Of a stretch of DNA of 43,939 nucleotides, positions 1 to 10,246 are shown piece after piece. A program made the translations under genes and the position numbers. Origin of the DNA: an uncultured bacterium (GTDB lineage Bacteria; RBG-13-66-14; B26-G2; WVWN01). How positions within the stretch are numbered: the stretch's first letter is position 1; every line of letters begins with the position of its first letter. The notes under the pieces are model-generated. The model did not search any database. It had not been told where the DNA came from and worked only from the letters and a program-made list of their open reading frames with translations. The stretch is taken from positions 1-43,939 of the forward strand of contig CBFCYS010000002.1 of assembly GCA_965602215.1 (NCBI GenBank), given 5' to 3'.

Positions 1-39
1 GATAAAATCGCCGTGAAGAAGGTCGTCGTCGCGAGATAG
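1..39 (+). CDS. 3' end of a gene entering from the left edge (…DKIAVKKVVVAR*)
   Basis: Open frame 1 ending in TAG at 37-39, followed by a terminator hairpin. Confidence 0.5.
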   Translation, partial: DKIAVKKVVVAR

Positions 40-60
40 GCCGCCGACGAATCCGAACTT

Positions 61-84
61 AAAAGCCGCCTCCGGGCGGCTTTT
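61..84 (+). terminator. Intrinsic terminator, probably bidirectional
   Basis: aaaagccgcc-tccg-ggcggctttt inverted repeat with A and T tails. Confidence 0.8.
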
Positions 85-199
85 CTATATCGTACGGGCC
101 GGGCGTCCGACGCCGCTCCCTTAGAATGTCCTTCAGCTCGGCGTCGTTTTAAATTGAAATCCTTGCCGTTTATGCCCCGCAACCGCGAATAGTAATACC

Positions 200-228
200 T
201 TGACAACGGTATTTCGCTCTGGTATTCT
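200..228 (+). promoter_or_regulatory. Sigma70-type promoter for the giant TPR gene
   Basis: TTGACA (200-205), 17 bp spacer, TATTCT (223-228) with extended -10 TG. Confidence 0.7.
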
Positions 229-294
229 GTAATATTACGTGAGTATTAATAAAAAATAAATCGTCGCCGCAGCCTACCAACGAAGAGGGCTAAT

Positions 295-3200
295 ATGAAG
301 GCAACGAAAGCACTTACGCTATTTACGCTCGCGGCCGCGCTCGTCGCGGCTTCGGCCGCCGCGCCCGCCTACGCCCAGTCCGAGATGGAGATCCGCAACC
401 GCGCGCTGGAGTCCTTCGAAGAGGGAATGAAGCTCTTCGAGGCCAGCAAGTTCGCGCGCGCCGTCTCCATTTTCGAGGAGTCGCTCGATCTCTTCGACTC
501 CATCGGCGACGTCGAGGGGGTCGCCCGCGCCAACAACATCCTCGGCTCGGTGTACGAGGTGCAGGGCGAGTACGACAAGGCCGTGAGCTACTATCAGAAA
601 GCGCTGAACGACTTCGCCGCGCTGAAGGATAACGCCGGCCTGGCGCTGGTCAATAAAAACCTCGGCTCCACCTATCAGGCCAAGGAGCAATACGACCAGG
701 CGCTCACCTATTACGACGAGTCGTACAATCTCTATAAAAAAGCCGGCGACGTCACCGGCCAGGCGCGGGCCCAGGCCGCCATCGGCTCCATCTATTTCGC
801 GCGCGGCGAGTACGAGCTGGCGTTGAAGGCGTACGACGAGGCCACGGCGAAGTACGCCGGCGCCGCCGACGAGAAGATGAAGGGGCGGATGTACCTCGAG
901 GCGGGCCAGATCGTCCTGGACCAGGGCGAGGTGGACCGCGCGCTCGACTACTTCCGCAAGGGCCTCTCCATTTACTCCAAACTCGGCGAGCGCGAGGGCG
1001 AGGCCGAGGGCGAGATGCTCATAGGCCGCGTTTACCTCGAGAAGAAGGACTACACCGGCGCGCAAACGCAGCTCGAGAAGGCGCGCGAGCTCTATACCAA
1101 GCTCGGCATGCAGGACGGCATCGCGCGCTGCCTGAAGTACACCGCCGACGCCCTCCGCGCGCAGGGTGACGCCGCCAATTCGCTGCGGTACTACGAGCAG
1201 GCGCTGTCCATAACGCGGCGCCTGGCCGATTGGGAGGGCACCGCCGAAATCCTGAATTCCATGGGCATCGTTTACACCTACGCCATGAAGAATTACCGCA
1301 AGGCGACCATCTACTATAACGACGCCATCAAGCAGTACCGCGAGATAAAGAACCAGACCGGCCAGGCCGACGCGGCCCACAACGTCGGTTACGCCTACGA
1401 GATGCAGGCCGATTACCGGTCCGCGCTCGAGTCGTACAACGAAGCGTTGCGCATCCGCCAGACGCTGGGCCACAAGGGCAACGTAGCCGACACCACCATC
1501 GCCATCGCCCGCGTCTACAAGACCACCGGCGATTATCCCAAGGCGCTGCAGACGTACGAGCAGGCGTTGGACATCGTTAAGGGGTTGAAGGACAACGCCC
1601 GCCTCGCGAAAGTTACGTGGGAGATAGGGACCATTCAGCTGCGCCAGGGTCAGCTGGAGGAGGCGCGTAAGTCGATCGAGCGCGCGTTGTCCATCTACGA
1701 AGGCGAGAACATGACGGCGGAGGTGGCCGGCGTCCAGCGCGACCTCGGCGCCACCCTCCAGGTGTTGGGCGACCAGGACGGCGCGCTGGCCCTCTACGAA
1801 CAATCGTCGCAGAACTTCGGCCGGGAGGGCGACGAGACCGGCAAAGCGCTCTCGCAGATGAAGGTGGGCGACATCAAGTTCGACCGCGGCCTGTACGGCG
1901 AGGCGCTCAGCAATTATAACGGCGCGTTGGAAACCTTCCGTCGGACCGAGGACCGCACCGACGTCGCGTTGGCGCTGAACGCGGTGGGCAAGGTCAACAC
2001 CGCCCAGGGCGACTTCGAACAGGCCAATAACGCGTTCAACGAGGCGCTGGCGACGAACCGACTGCTGCAGAACGAACTCGGCGTCGCGCAGACCATGGCC
2101 AACGTAGGCCGCATGCACTACGCGAAGGGCGACTACAACTCCTCGGCCCGCTACTCGGACGAGGCGCTACGCATCAACCGCGCTCAGGACTATAAGCTCG
2201 GCGTCGCGGAAGTGGAGAACGACCTGGGTCTGACGTACGTCGCCAAAGAGGATTACGATACGGCGCTGCACTACTTCGACGACGCACTCGCGGCCTATTC
2301 CGCCGTAAACGACCAGCCGGGCAAAGCCCGCACGCTGATGAACCTCGGCGCCGCCCACATGGCGAAGCGCGATTACCAGAACGCTTCCGCCAAGTTCTCG
2401 GAGGCGCTGGCTATTTACCGGACCGTCAAGGACCCCGCCGGCGAGGGCGCCGCGGCCGCGGCGCTGGGCGACGTGAAGTATCGCCAGGAGAACTACGACG
2501 GCGCCCAGGAGGATTACAAGGCCGCGCTGAGCGCGATGAACAAGGCCGGCAACACCAAAGACGTACCGTCGGTCTACAATCGCATGGGGGTTGCGTTCGT
2601 CGCGGCCGGCGACCAGAAGAAGGCGCTCGCGCAGTTCGATAAAGCCCTCGAGTACGAGCGGACGGCGAACACCAAGGCCGAGATCGCCGAGACGTTGGTT
2701 TACAAGGGCCAGGCCCACCTCGAGCTCTACGAGTACGACTTCGCCAACCAGGCCTTCGGCGAAGCCCTCAGCACCTACACTTCGCTCGGCGACGATAACG
2801 GCAAAGCGGAGGCGACGTTCGGCCGGGCCAAAGGGCTGCGGGCCCAGGAGAAAAACGACCAGGCGCTCAAGGATTTCGAGGCCGCGCTCGAGCTCTTCCG
2901 CAGCGGCCGCAACCAGATACGTTCCGCCGACGTCGGCATCGAGATAGGCGCCATCAAGTTCGAGAACGGTGAGCACAAAGAGGCCATCCGCTCCTTCAGC
3001 GAATCGCTCCGCGTCTACCGTACGCTCAACATTGAGAAGGGCACCGCGCTGGCGATGAACTGGATCGGGCGCGTATACGTCGCCCTCAATCAGCCGGACA
3101 GCGGCCTGAAGTACCACAACGACGCGCTGGCGCTGTATCAGCAGGTGCAGGATAAGATGGGCGTCGCCGAAACCCAGTATTACGCCGGCGAGGCCCAGGA

Positions 3201-5727
3201 GACCAAAGAGGCGTTGGATGACGCGTTGTCCGCCTACAAGTCGGCGCTCGCCGGCTTCACCGCGCTGAACGAGCTGCACTGGGCGGCGCGCGCTCACCGC
3301 CGCCTCGGCGCTACCTACGAGAAGCAAGGCAACCTCAGCCAATCGCAGACCGAGTACCAACAGGCCCTCGACGGCTTTACGACTACCAAAGACGACCTCT
3401 CCGCCGCGGATACCGCGGTAGACCTGGCCCGCGTCCAGTATAGCGCCGGCAACGCCGACGACGCGGTGGCCAGTTATAAGAAGGGCGAGTCGGTTTATAA
3501 AAAACTCAACGACAACGCCGGTCAGGGATACTGCGAGCTCCAGATGGGCATCATCGCCTACGACCGCTACGACTACAAGGGCTCCGAGAAGAACTTCGGC
3601 CTCGGCCTCCAGTTCTATACCGCGGCGGGCGACGACGCGGGCCAGAGCCGCGTCCTGATCCACCGCTCGACGCTGTTCGAGGCGGAGCTCCTCTTCGACC
3701 GGGCTATCGAGGACGCCAAGAAAGCGCAGGCGTTGGCCGAGAAGGCCGGCGAAGAAATGTACGTGGCGATGGCGCTGAACGCGCTGGGCCGGGCGGAGCG
3801 TCGCAAGGGCAACGCCGAAGCGGCACTCGCCGCTCATAGCCAGGCGTTGGAGAAGTACCGCGAGCTGCGCGACCAGGCCGGCATCGGCGAATCGCAGCGC
3901 CAACTCGCGCAGGCGCGGCTGGCCTCGGGCGATATCCGGACCGCCAACCGCGAATTCAACGAGGCTCTCCGCATCTTCAACGCGTTGAACGACGAGGCCG
4001 GCAAAGCGCGGGCGCTCGTCGGCCTGGGCGAAGTATTCCTCGCCCAGGGCGATACCGCGACCGCGGCCAAGTACTTCGGCGAAGCGGAAGCCATATATCG
4101 GAGCGGCAAGATATCCGCCGGCAAAGGCGACTTCTACTATAGCCTGGGTTTGACCCTCGCCGCCCAGGGCGACTACGCCGGCGCGGTCCAGCGGTACGAC
4201 AGCGCGCTGGAGGTATTCCGCGCCACGCTCCGGCCGATGGCGGAGGGCGAAACGCTGCGGGCCAAGGGCCTCGCGCAGGCCGAGCTGGGCCAGTACGACG
4301 TCGCGGCCAAGTCTTTGGGCGAGGCCGTAAGCGTTCAGAAGAAAATACAAAACACGCCCGCCGTAGCGCGGCTCTACGTCGACCTCGGCCAGCTCGCGCT
4401 ACGGCAGGGAGAGCTCTCGAACGCCGAGAAGAACTTCGCCACCGCGCTCGATGCGGCGATGCCCCTCAGCGACAAGGGCTTCACCGCGGAGATTAAAAAC
4501 CACCTCGGCTTCACCAACGAACTTATCGGCGTATCCAAGATAAGCGCCCGCGTCGCCGACGAGGACCCGACTTACTTCCAGCAGGCGAAGACGATGTACA
4601 ATGAAGCGCTGACCTCGTACCGCTCCCTCGACGATAAAGCCGGCGTCGCGACGTCGTTGAACCACCTCGGCTCGGCGCAGGCGCGGCTCGGCGAAATGGA
4701 AGCGGCGAAGACTAGCCACACCGAAGCCCTCGCCCTCTGGCGGGAGGTCCGCGACCAGGAGGAAGTAGCGCGTTCGCTCGTCTACCTCGGCGCCGTCAAC
4801 TACGAGTTGGGCGATTATAAGGAATCCAATAAAGTATTGACCGAAGCGCTCCGCATCTGGCGCCGCGAAGGGATGAAGAACGAAGAGGGGATAACGCTGC
4901 GGATGATCGGGAAGGCGCTGGGCGCGCAGGAGAATTACCGCAGCGCGCTGAAGTATTGCGACGACGCGCTGTCCCTCTTGACGGAGGCCAAGAATCAGGC
5001 GGAAGTCGGCGAGACGAACTACGACGCCGGCGTCTACTACCAGGCGCTGAAGGAATACGGCGAGGCCGACGCGTCCTACAACAAGGCCAAGCAAGCGTTC
5101 GCCGCGGCCGAGGACGAGGAGGGTCAGGCGCGGTGCCTGCGCGAAGTGGGCGACGTGTATATGGCGCAGCGCCAATACGACAAGGCCAAGACCAGCTACA
5201 CGCAGGCCGTCGAAGCGTATAAACCCCTCAAGAAATACACCGCCGATTTGGCCTACTGCTACCGCGCGCTGGGCGACGCCGAGTTCAACACCGCCAACCT
5301 GGCCGCGGCCGCCGCGGCCTATAAGAACGCGTACAGCACGTACTCCGGCCTGGACGATAAGGGGAATATCGCGCTGTCGGCCAACAAGCAAGGTTTGGTC
5401 GAAGCCGGCTTCGGTAAGTTCGAGGCCGCCGAGGCCAAGTACAAAGAGGCGCTGAGCATGTACCAGGGCCTGCGGGATGACCGCGGCCGGGCCGACGCGC
5501 TGTTCAACATCGGCGAAGTTAAAGAAAATACCCAGCAGTTAAACGAGGCTATCAAGACGTACGAGGAGGCTTTGGCGCTCTACAAGTCGGTCGGCGCCCA
5601 GCTTGAGGTGGCGAATACGCTGAACAAGTTGGGCCTTATCTACAACCAGACCGGCGACCCCGAGAAAGGCCGTTCGTACCTCGACCAATCGCAACAGCTC
5701 TTGCGTTCCATAAGGGCGGGCCGTTAG
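295..5727 (+). CDS. Giant exported tetratricopeptide-repeat protein (1810 aa)
   Basis: Signal peptide (MKATKALTLFTLAAALVAASAAAPAYA) followed by uninterrupted ~40-aa TPR-like repeats (A..L..LG.VY...G.Y..A...Y..AL) to the C-terminus. Confidence 0.9.
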   Translation: MKATKALTLFTLAAALVAASAAAPAYAQSEMEIRNRALESFEEGMKLFEASKFARAVSIFEESLDLFDSIGDVEGVARANNILGSVYEVQGEYDKAVSYYQKALNDFAALKDNAGLALVNKNLGSTYQAKEQYDQALTYYDESYNLYKKAGDVTGQARAQAAIGSIYFARGEYELALKAYDEATAKYAGAADEKMKGRMYLEAGQIVLDQGEVDRALDYFRKGLSIYSKLGEREGEAEGEMLIGRVYLEKKDYTGAQTQLEKARELYTKLGMQDGIARCLKYTADALRAQGDAANSLRYYEQALSITRRLADWEGTAEILNSMGIVYTYAMKNYRKATIYYNDAIKQYREIKNQTGQADAAHNVGYAYEMQADYRSALESYNEALRIRQTLGHKGNVADTTIAIARVYKTTGDYPKALQTYEQALDIVKGLKDNARLAKVTWEIGTIQLRQGQLEEARKSIERALSIYEGENMTAEVAGVQRDLGATLQVLGDQDGALALYEQSSQNFGREGDETGKALSQMKVGDIKFDRGLYGEALSNYNGALETFRRTEDRTDVALALNAVGKVNTAQGDFEQANNAFNEALATNRLLQNELGVAQTMANVGRMHYAKGDYNSSARYSDEALRINRAQDYKLGVAEVENDLGLTYVAKEDYDTALHYFDDALAAYSAVNDQPGKARTLMNLGAAHMAKRDYQNASAKFSEALAIYRTVKDPAGEGAAAAALGDVKYRQENYDGAQEDYKAALSAMNKAGNTKDVPSVYNRMGVAFVAAGDQKKALAQFDKALEYERTANTKAEIAETLVYKGQAHLELYEYDFANQAFGEALSTYTSLGDDNGKAEATFGRAKGLRAQEKNDQALKDFEAALELFRSGRNQIRSADVGIEIGAIKFENGEHKEAIRSFSESLRVYRTLNIEKGTALAMNWIGRVYVALNQPDSGLKYHNDALALYQQVQDKMGVAETQYYAGEAQETKEALDDALSAYKSALAGFTALNELHWAARAHRRLGATYEKQGNLSQSQTEYQQALDGFTTTKDDLSAADTAVDLARVQYSAGNADDAVASYKKGESVYKKLNDNAGQGYCELQMGIIAYDRYDYKGSEKNFGLGLQFYTAAGDDAGQSRVLIHRSTLFEAELLFDRAIEDAKKAQALAEKAGEEMYVAMALNALGRAERRKGNAEAALAAHSQALEKYRELRDQAGIGESQRQLAQARLASGDIRTANREFNEALRIFNALNDEAGKARALVGLGEVFLAQGDTATAAKYFGEAEAIYRSGKISAGKGDFYYSLGLTLAAQGDYAGAVQRYDSALEVFRATLRPMAEGETLRAKGLAQAELGQYDVAAKSLGEAVSVQKKIQNTPAVARLYVDLGQLALRQGELSNAEKNFATALDAAMPLSDKGFTAEIKNHLGFTNELIGVSKISARVADEDPTYFQQAKTMYNEALTSYRSLDDKAGVATSLNHLGSAQARLGEMEAAKTSHTEALALWREVRDQEEVARSLVYLGAVNYELGDYKESNKVLTEALRIWRREGMKNEEGITLRMIGKALGAQENYRSALKYCDDALSLLTEAKNQAEVGETNYDAGVYYQALKEYGEADASYNKAKQAFAAAEDEEGQARCLREVGDVYMAQRQYDKAKTSYTQAVEAYKPLKKYTADLAYCYRALGDAEFNTANLAAAAAAYKNAYSTYSGLDDKGNIALSANKQGLVEAGFGKFEAAEAKYKEALSMYQGLRDDRGRADALFNIGEVKENTQQLNEAIKTYEEALALYKSVGAQLEVANTLNKLGLIYNQTGDPEKGRSYLDQSQQLLRSIRAGR

Positions 5728-5740
5728 CGCCCGGAGACCG

Positions 5741-6649
5741 ATGGCGGTTACCGACAGCTACATTTTCGGCATCGTAGCCAACTGGAAGCAGAAGGACGCC
5801 GTCAACGGCGTATCCTCGTGTTTGCAGGCGCTGGATAAGCGCGGCCAGCGGTACGTCATCGAGGAGCGGACCGCGGTGTGGGGGAATCTGAAGGGCGACC
5901 GCGTCGCCATAGCCGACATGGGGAAGGCGTGCGACCTCGTCATCTCGTTCGGCGGCGACGGGACGTTGCTTTCGGTGGGACGGTTGGTGGCGGCCAACGA
6001 GGTGCCGGTTCTGGCCGTGAACCTGGGCGGCCTCGGTTTCCTCTCCGAGATGGACATCAGCTTGATGGAGACCGCGGTCGACGCCATCCTGACGGACCGC
6101 TTCCTCGTCGAAAGCCGGATGTTGCTTTCCATCCGGCTCGAGCGCTCGGGCGGCGAAGTGGAGCGCGACATACTGGCGGTCAACGACCTCGTCGTGGGGC
6201 CCAAGGCTATTTCCCGCATCGTAATCGTGAACGCCTACATCCACCGCGAGCGCCTCTTCTCGTATCGGGGCGACGGTATCATCGCCGCTACGCCCACCGG
6301 CTCCACGGCTTATTCGCTGTCCGCCGGCGGGCCCATCGTTGACCCGCGCGTGGACGTGCTGATGCTGACGCCGATATGCGCCCACTCGCTCACCGTGAGG
6401 CCCCTTATTATCCCGCCCAATCTCGAGGTGGGCATCGAGCTCCGCACGCGGGGCAAAGAGGAGACGGTGATGACGGTGGACGGCCAGGCGACGTACACCC
6501 TCGGCGAGGACGACCGCGTCTACGTCACGCGTGCCAAGAAGCGCCTCCGCCTCATACGTCTGGAGGAGAAAGACTTCTACAAACTTCTACAGGAGAAATT
6601 GGGCTGGGGGATCCAGGAGTACGTCCCCAAGCCGCGCGGCGAGGGATAG
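5741..6649 (+). CDS. nadK: NAD(+)/NADH kinase
   Basis: GGDGT motif, NLGGLGFL, ND motif, GDGIIAATPTGSTAYSLSAGGPI. Confidence 0.95.
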   Translation: MAVTDSYIFGIVANWKQKDAVNGVSSCLQALDKRGQRYVIEERTAVWGNLKGDRVAIADMGKACDLVISFGGDGTLLSVGRLVAANEVPVLAVNLGGLGFLSEMDISLMETAVDAILTDRFLVESRMLLSIRLERSGGEVERDILAVNDLVVGPKAISRIVIVNAYIHRERLFSYRGDGIIAATPTGSTAYSLSAGGPIVDPRVDVLMLTPICAHSLTVRPLIIPPNLEVGIELRTRGKEETVMTVDGQATYTLGEDDRVYVTRAKKRLRLIRLEEKDFYKLLQEKLGWGIQEYVPKPRGEG

Positions 6650-6683
6650 TTAAAACCGCCGCAGCGAATACTCCGATGGCCGG

Positions 6684-9041
6684 CTACCCGCCGGCCATTG
6701 TCCTTTCCGTCAGCCGTATCCGCTCCAGGTTCTCCGGGTCGTCCGGGTTAAGCTTGTAGGCGCGGCGGTACTCCTTGAGCGCGGCCTCGTACGACCCTAC
6801 CGAGAAATAATACGAACCCATATACGTGTGGGCCACCGGGTCGTCGGGGTCGACGAACAGCGCCCGCCGGAAGTGGGGCTCGGCCTCGCCGTAGCGGCGG
6901 AGTTGTGCCAGGGCGTAACCGAGGCGCAACTCCGCGTCCTCATAGTCGCGGTGGAGGCTGAGCGCGATGCCGAACTCGGACGCGGCCTCCGACCAACGCT
7001 TGGAGCGTTCCAACCCCACGCCGCGATTATAATGCTCGCCCGCGCGTTCGATGGCGGCCGTGACCTCCCGGTAGCGCTCGGGCGACGGCACGTCCGGCAA
7101 GAGGGATTTGTCGAAATAGGGATGGTAGCGCCGCGCGACGTAGCCGTCGTACGGCCGCCCGACCTCGAAGACGCGGAAGGCGTACGTTTCGCGGATAAGG
7201 CGGAAGCGCGTCAACGACTCGGCGTGGAATTGCATCTTCATACCGACGGCGTCGGCCGGCGGGTCGGGGGTAGCGGCGAAGTACCGGTCGCCCGGGGGTT
7301 GGTACACCAGGAAGACGGGGGCGTTGAAGACGACGTACGATATGCGCCACCGGCGACACAGCTCATAGAAGTCGTCCTCGGGGCCCATATACGCGCGCGA
7401 GGTTTCGACGATCTTGGTCCTTATTTCGGGCACCTCGTACATGGGGTGGAGCGCCACCGGCCTTTCGCCCCAGTACATTACCGACGCGCTCAGGCCGAAT
7501 TGGCCCAGTACGGCCGAACCCTCGGGCGTGTGGTCTTTTAACCAGAAGAATATTCCGCTGTCTATCTTGCCGTAGTCCCATAGCGGGTCTTCCTCTTCCG
7601 GTAAAAGCTCGAGCGTGCGCCGCAGGAATGTGGGGCGGTTGTAATTCGCCGCCCAGTAGAATTGGAACGCTAACAGCGCCGCCACCAAAGCCGCGGCCGC
7701 GGCCTTGGCCCACGGCCGGCGGGCCCTCGCCGCCGGGAGCGTCGCCCATAACGCCGCCCAGGGCGCGAAGAATATCGTCAGCCGGACCAGGAGCCAATAT
7801 AAAAAAGCCGTGGCGACGGTCATCGCCGCCGGGAAGAACGGCGTTCCTTCGACCGGCGTTTTCCTCCGGCGTAAGTACTTCCCGCACGACCGGAAGAAGA
7901 CCGCCGTCGCCACCAACAGGAGGGGGCCGTATTCGAGCAGGGCGCGCTTCAGCGTCGTAGTATCGTACGGGCCCATCCAGAATATGCGCGCGTCGACCGG
8001 CAGCCGCGCCGGGTCGTCGGGGTGGACGCCCGCCAGCCGCAGCTTGGACCAGATGAGCGCGTACGCGTGGCCGTAGGCGCCGGACCCGACGGCCAGCAGC
8101 GACAAGGCCACCAGCGCCGCCGCGCCGCCGGCCAGCGCCAACCGCCAGCGGACGGTCGCAGGCCGCCGCACCAGGCCCCACGCCGCAAGAGCCGCCGCCG
8201 CGGCGACGGTGGGCGACCAGAGGACGCCCTTCGCGAAGAGCGGTTTGTTGAGGACCGCCGCGGCCGCCGTCCCCACGAGGAACGCCATCCCGACGTGGCC
8301 GAACAAGCCGCGCCGGCCGAGGAACGCCGCGAGGAATACGACGACCAGGAGCACGTTGGCGTAGAACTGGGCCATATGCCAACAGCTCAATGCGTAGAGT
8401 ACGGCCGCGGCCAGGGCGGCGGAGGCCGCGACCCTTTTACGGCGCCCTTCGGGCCTTCCCTCCAGAAGCAGCCAAACCAACGCCGACGCGGCCAGCAGCG
8501 CCGGCGTCGCGAAATCCTCGCGCATGTAATAACCCGCGGCCCGGATAAACGTCGTAAGGCACGTGGCGTAGAGGGCGGTGGCGGCCCACGCCGGCCACGG
8601 CCGCCGGAACATAACCCAGAAAAGAAGAAACGCCGCGGGGACGTACGCCGCGGCGTAGAAGGCCATGAAGTACCGGAGGTACGCGTAGCGGTCGGTCGGG
8701 CCGAACACGCCGCTCCACAGCCTGTAGCTCAGGCCGGTGGCGTAGTCCGGCAGCGGCATTATCATCTCGTCGCGCGGAAAGCCCTCCGGCCACTGGACCA
8801 TCGGGTCCGAGCGCGGCAGCGCCTCGCCCTTCATTATCATTTCGGCGTACCGGAACCGGACCAGCGACTCCGAGTACATCTCGTTGGTTTCGGGGGTGTG
8901 TTTTAAGACGAGGTCGACGCGGGCGGCGGCCACGGCGACGAGGGCGAGCGCGGTCGCGGCGACGACTACGCCCGGCCGGCGCGCGGCCGCGGCCCAGAGC
9001 GAACGGGCCCGCGAAACGACGGTGGAGGGGAACGCCGCCAT
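6684..9041 (-). CDS. Polytopic GT-C fold glycosyltransferase (DPY19/STT3-like) with C-terminal TPRs
   Basis: Many hydrophobic helices; motifs SESLVRFRY, QWPEG, MREDFATP, WHMAQF, WLKDHTPEGSAV, LHPMYE; C-terminal TPRs. Confidence 0.75.
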   Translation of the reverse strand: MAAFPSTVVSRARSLWAAAARRPGVVVAATALALVAVAAARVDLVLKHTPETNEMYSESLVRFRYAEMIMKGEALPRSDPMVQWPEGFPRDEMIMPLPDYATGLSYRLWSGVFGPTDRYAYLRYFMAFYAAAYVPAAFLLFWVMFRRPWPAWAATALYATCLTTFIRAAGYYMREDFATPALLAASALVWLLLEGRPEGRRKRVAASAALAAAVLYALSCWHMAQFYANVLLVVVFLAAFLGRRGLFGHVGMAFLVGTAAAAVLNKPLFAKGVLWSPTVAAAAALAAWGLVRRPATVRWRLALAGGAAALVALSLLAVGSGAYGHAYALIWSKLRLAGVHPDDPARLPVDARIFWMGPYDTTTLKRALLEYGPLLLVATAVFFRSCGKYLRRRKTPVEGTPFFPAAMTVATAFLYWLLVRLTIFFAPWAALWATLPAARARRPWAKAAAAALVAALLAFQFYWAANYNRPTFLRRTLELLPEEEDPLWDYGKIDSGIFFWLKDHTPEGSAVLGQFGLSASVMYWGERPVALHPMYEVPEIRTKIVETSRAYMGPEDDFYELCRRWRISYVVFNAPVFLVYQPPGDRYFAATPDPPADAVGMKMQFHAESLTRFRLIRETYAFRVFEVGRPYDGYVARRYHPYFDKSLLPDVPSPERYREVTAAIERAGEHYNRGVGLERSKRWSEAASEFGIALSLHRDYEDAELRLGYALAQLRRYGEAEPHFRRALFVDPDDPVAHTYMGSYYFSVGSYEAALKEYRRAYKLNPDDPENLERIRLTERTMAGG

Positions 9042-9047
9042 AGGATT

Positions 9048-9074
9048 AAAAAAAGCCCCCGCCGCCGGGGGCTT
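9048..9074 (-). terminator. Intrinsic terminator after the acyl-CoA dehydrogenase
   Basis: Minus strand aagcccccgg-cgg-cgggggctttttt. Confidence 0.75.
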
Positions 9075-9084
9075 ACCGCGGCCG

Positions 9085-10242
9085 CTACGACTTGCGGCCC
9101 GAGGTTCGAATGAGGTCCAGCGCGATCACCTGCCGCTGGATCTGGTTCGTCCCTTCGTAGAGCTGCGTGATTTTAGCGTCGCGGAATAACTTCTCGATGG
9201 GGTACTCGCGCATGTAGCCGTAGCCGCCGAATATCTGGAGGGCGTCGGCGGTCACTTCGACGGCGACGTCCGAGGCGAAAGTCTTGCAGATGGAAGAGCT
9301 GCGGCTGACGTCGCGGGCGCCGGCGTCTATCGTGCGCGCCGCGGCGTACGTGAGCGCGCGCGCCGCTTCGACCTTCGTCGCCATATCGGCCAGCATGAAC
9401 TGCAAGCCCTGAAAGCTCGAGATGGGCTGGCCGAACTGGCGGCGCTCCTTGGCGTAGGCTACGGCGAGGTCGAGCGCCCCCTGGGCGATGCCCACGGCCT
9501 GCGCGGCGACGCCGGGCCGCGTCCGGTCGAAGGTCCGCATCGCCGTGATGAAACCGGTGCCCTCTTTGCCGAGCAGATTTTCGGCCGGGACCTTGCAGTC
9601 GGCGAATACCAGCTCCCGCGTCGCCGACGCGCGGATGCCGAGTTTGTCCTCTTTTTTGCCGAACGTGAAGCCGGGGGTGCCCTTCTCGACAACGAGCGCG
9701 CTCAGGCCGCGGGCGCCGCGCGCCGGGTTGGTGCTCACGACGACGACGTATATTTCCGCCTCGCCGCCGTTGGTTATCCATTGCTTGGTCCCGTCGAGGA
9801 CGTAATGGTCGCCGTCGCGGCGGGCCCGCGTCCGCACCGCCGACGGGTCCGAGCCGGCGTCCGCTTCGGTCAGGGCGAACGCCGCGAGCGCTTTGCCCGC
9901 GGCGACGCGCGGCAGAAACCTCTTTTTCTGCTCGTCGGTCCCCGCGATCAAAATGGGCTCGGCGGCGAGCGCGGTCCCCAGCAGCGCGAGCGCGATGCCG
10001 GCGCACGCCCGCGACAGCTCCTCGGCGACGATGCACAGCTCGAAGTTGCCCATGCCCAGGCCGTCGTATTCTTCCGGGACGAAAACGCGGAAGAGGTCCG
10101 CCTGGGCGAAAACCTCGACCATTTCCCACGGGAACTCGTCGTGCCGGTCGTAGTGCTCGGCCTTGGGCGCGACGGTGTTGCGCGCGATGTCGCGGGTCAG
10201 CCTCTGCAGCTCGCGTTGCTCTTCGGTTAACAAGTAGTCCAT
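9085..10242 (-). CDS. Acyl-CoA dehydrogenase (short-chain/butyryl-CoA type)
   Basis: FALTEADAGSD, GTKQWITNG, KLGIRAS, QIFGGYGY, LYEGTNQIQR. Confidence 0.95.
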   Translation of the reverse strand: MDYLLTEEQRELQRLTRDIARNTVAPKAEHYDRHDEFPWEMVEVFAQADLFRVFVPEEYDGLGMGNFELCIVAEELSRACAGIALALLGTALAAEPILIAGTDEQKKRFLPRVAAGKALAAFALTEADAGSDPSAVRTRARRDGDHYVLDGTKQWITNGGEAEIYVVVVSTNPARGARGLSALVVEKGTPGFTFGKKEDKLGIRASATRELVFADCKVPAENLLGKEGTGFITAMRTFDRTRPGVAAQAVGIAQGALDLAVAYAKERRQFGQPISSFQGLQFMLADMATKVEAARALTYAAARTIDAGARDVSRSSSICKTFASDVAVEVTADALQIFGGYGYMREYPIEKLFRDAKITQLYEGTNQIQRQVIALDLIRTSGRKS

Positions 10243-10246
10243 CGGG

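Noticed and set aside
7565-7590. LWDYG as the STT3/PglB WWDYG motif
   Set aside because: It lies before the WLK..TP..S.V segment, whereas the true motif follows it; probably coincidental
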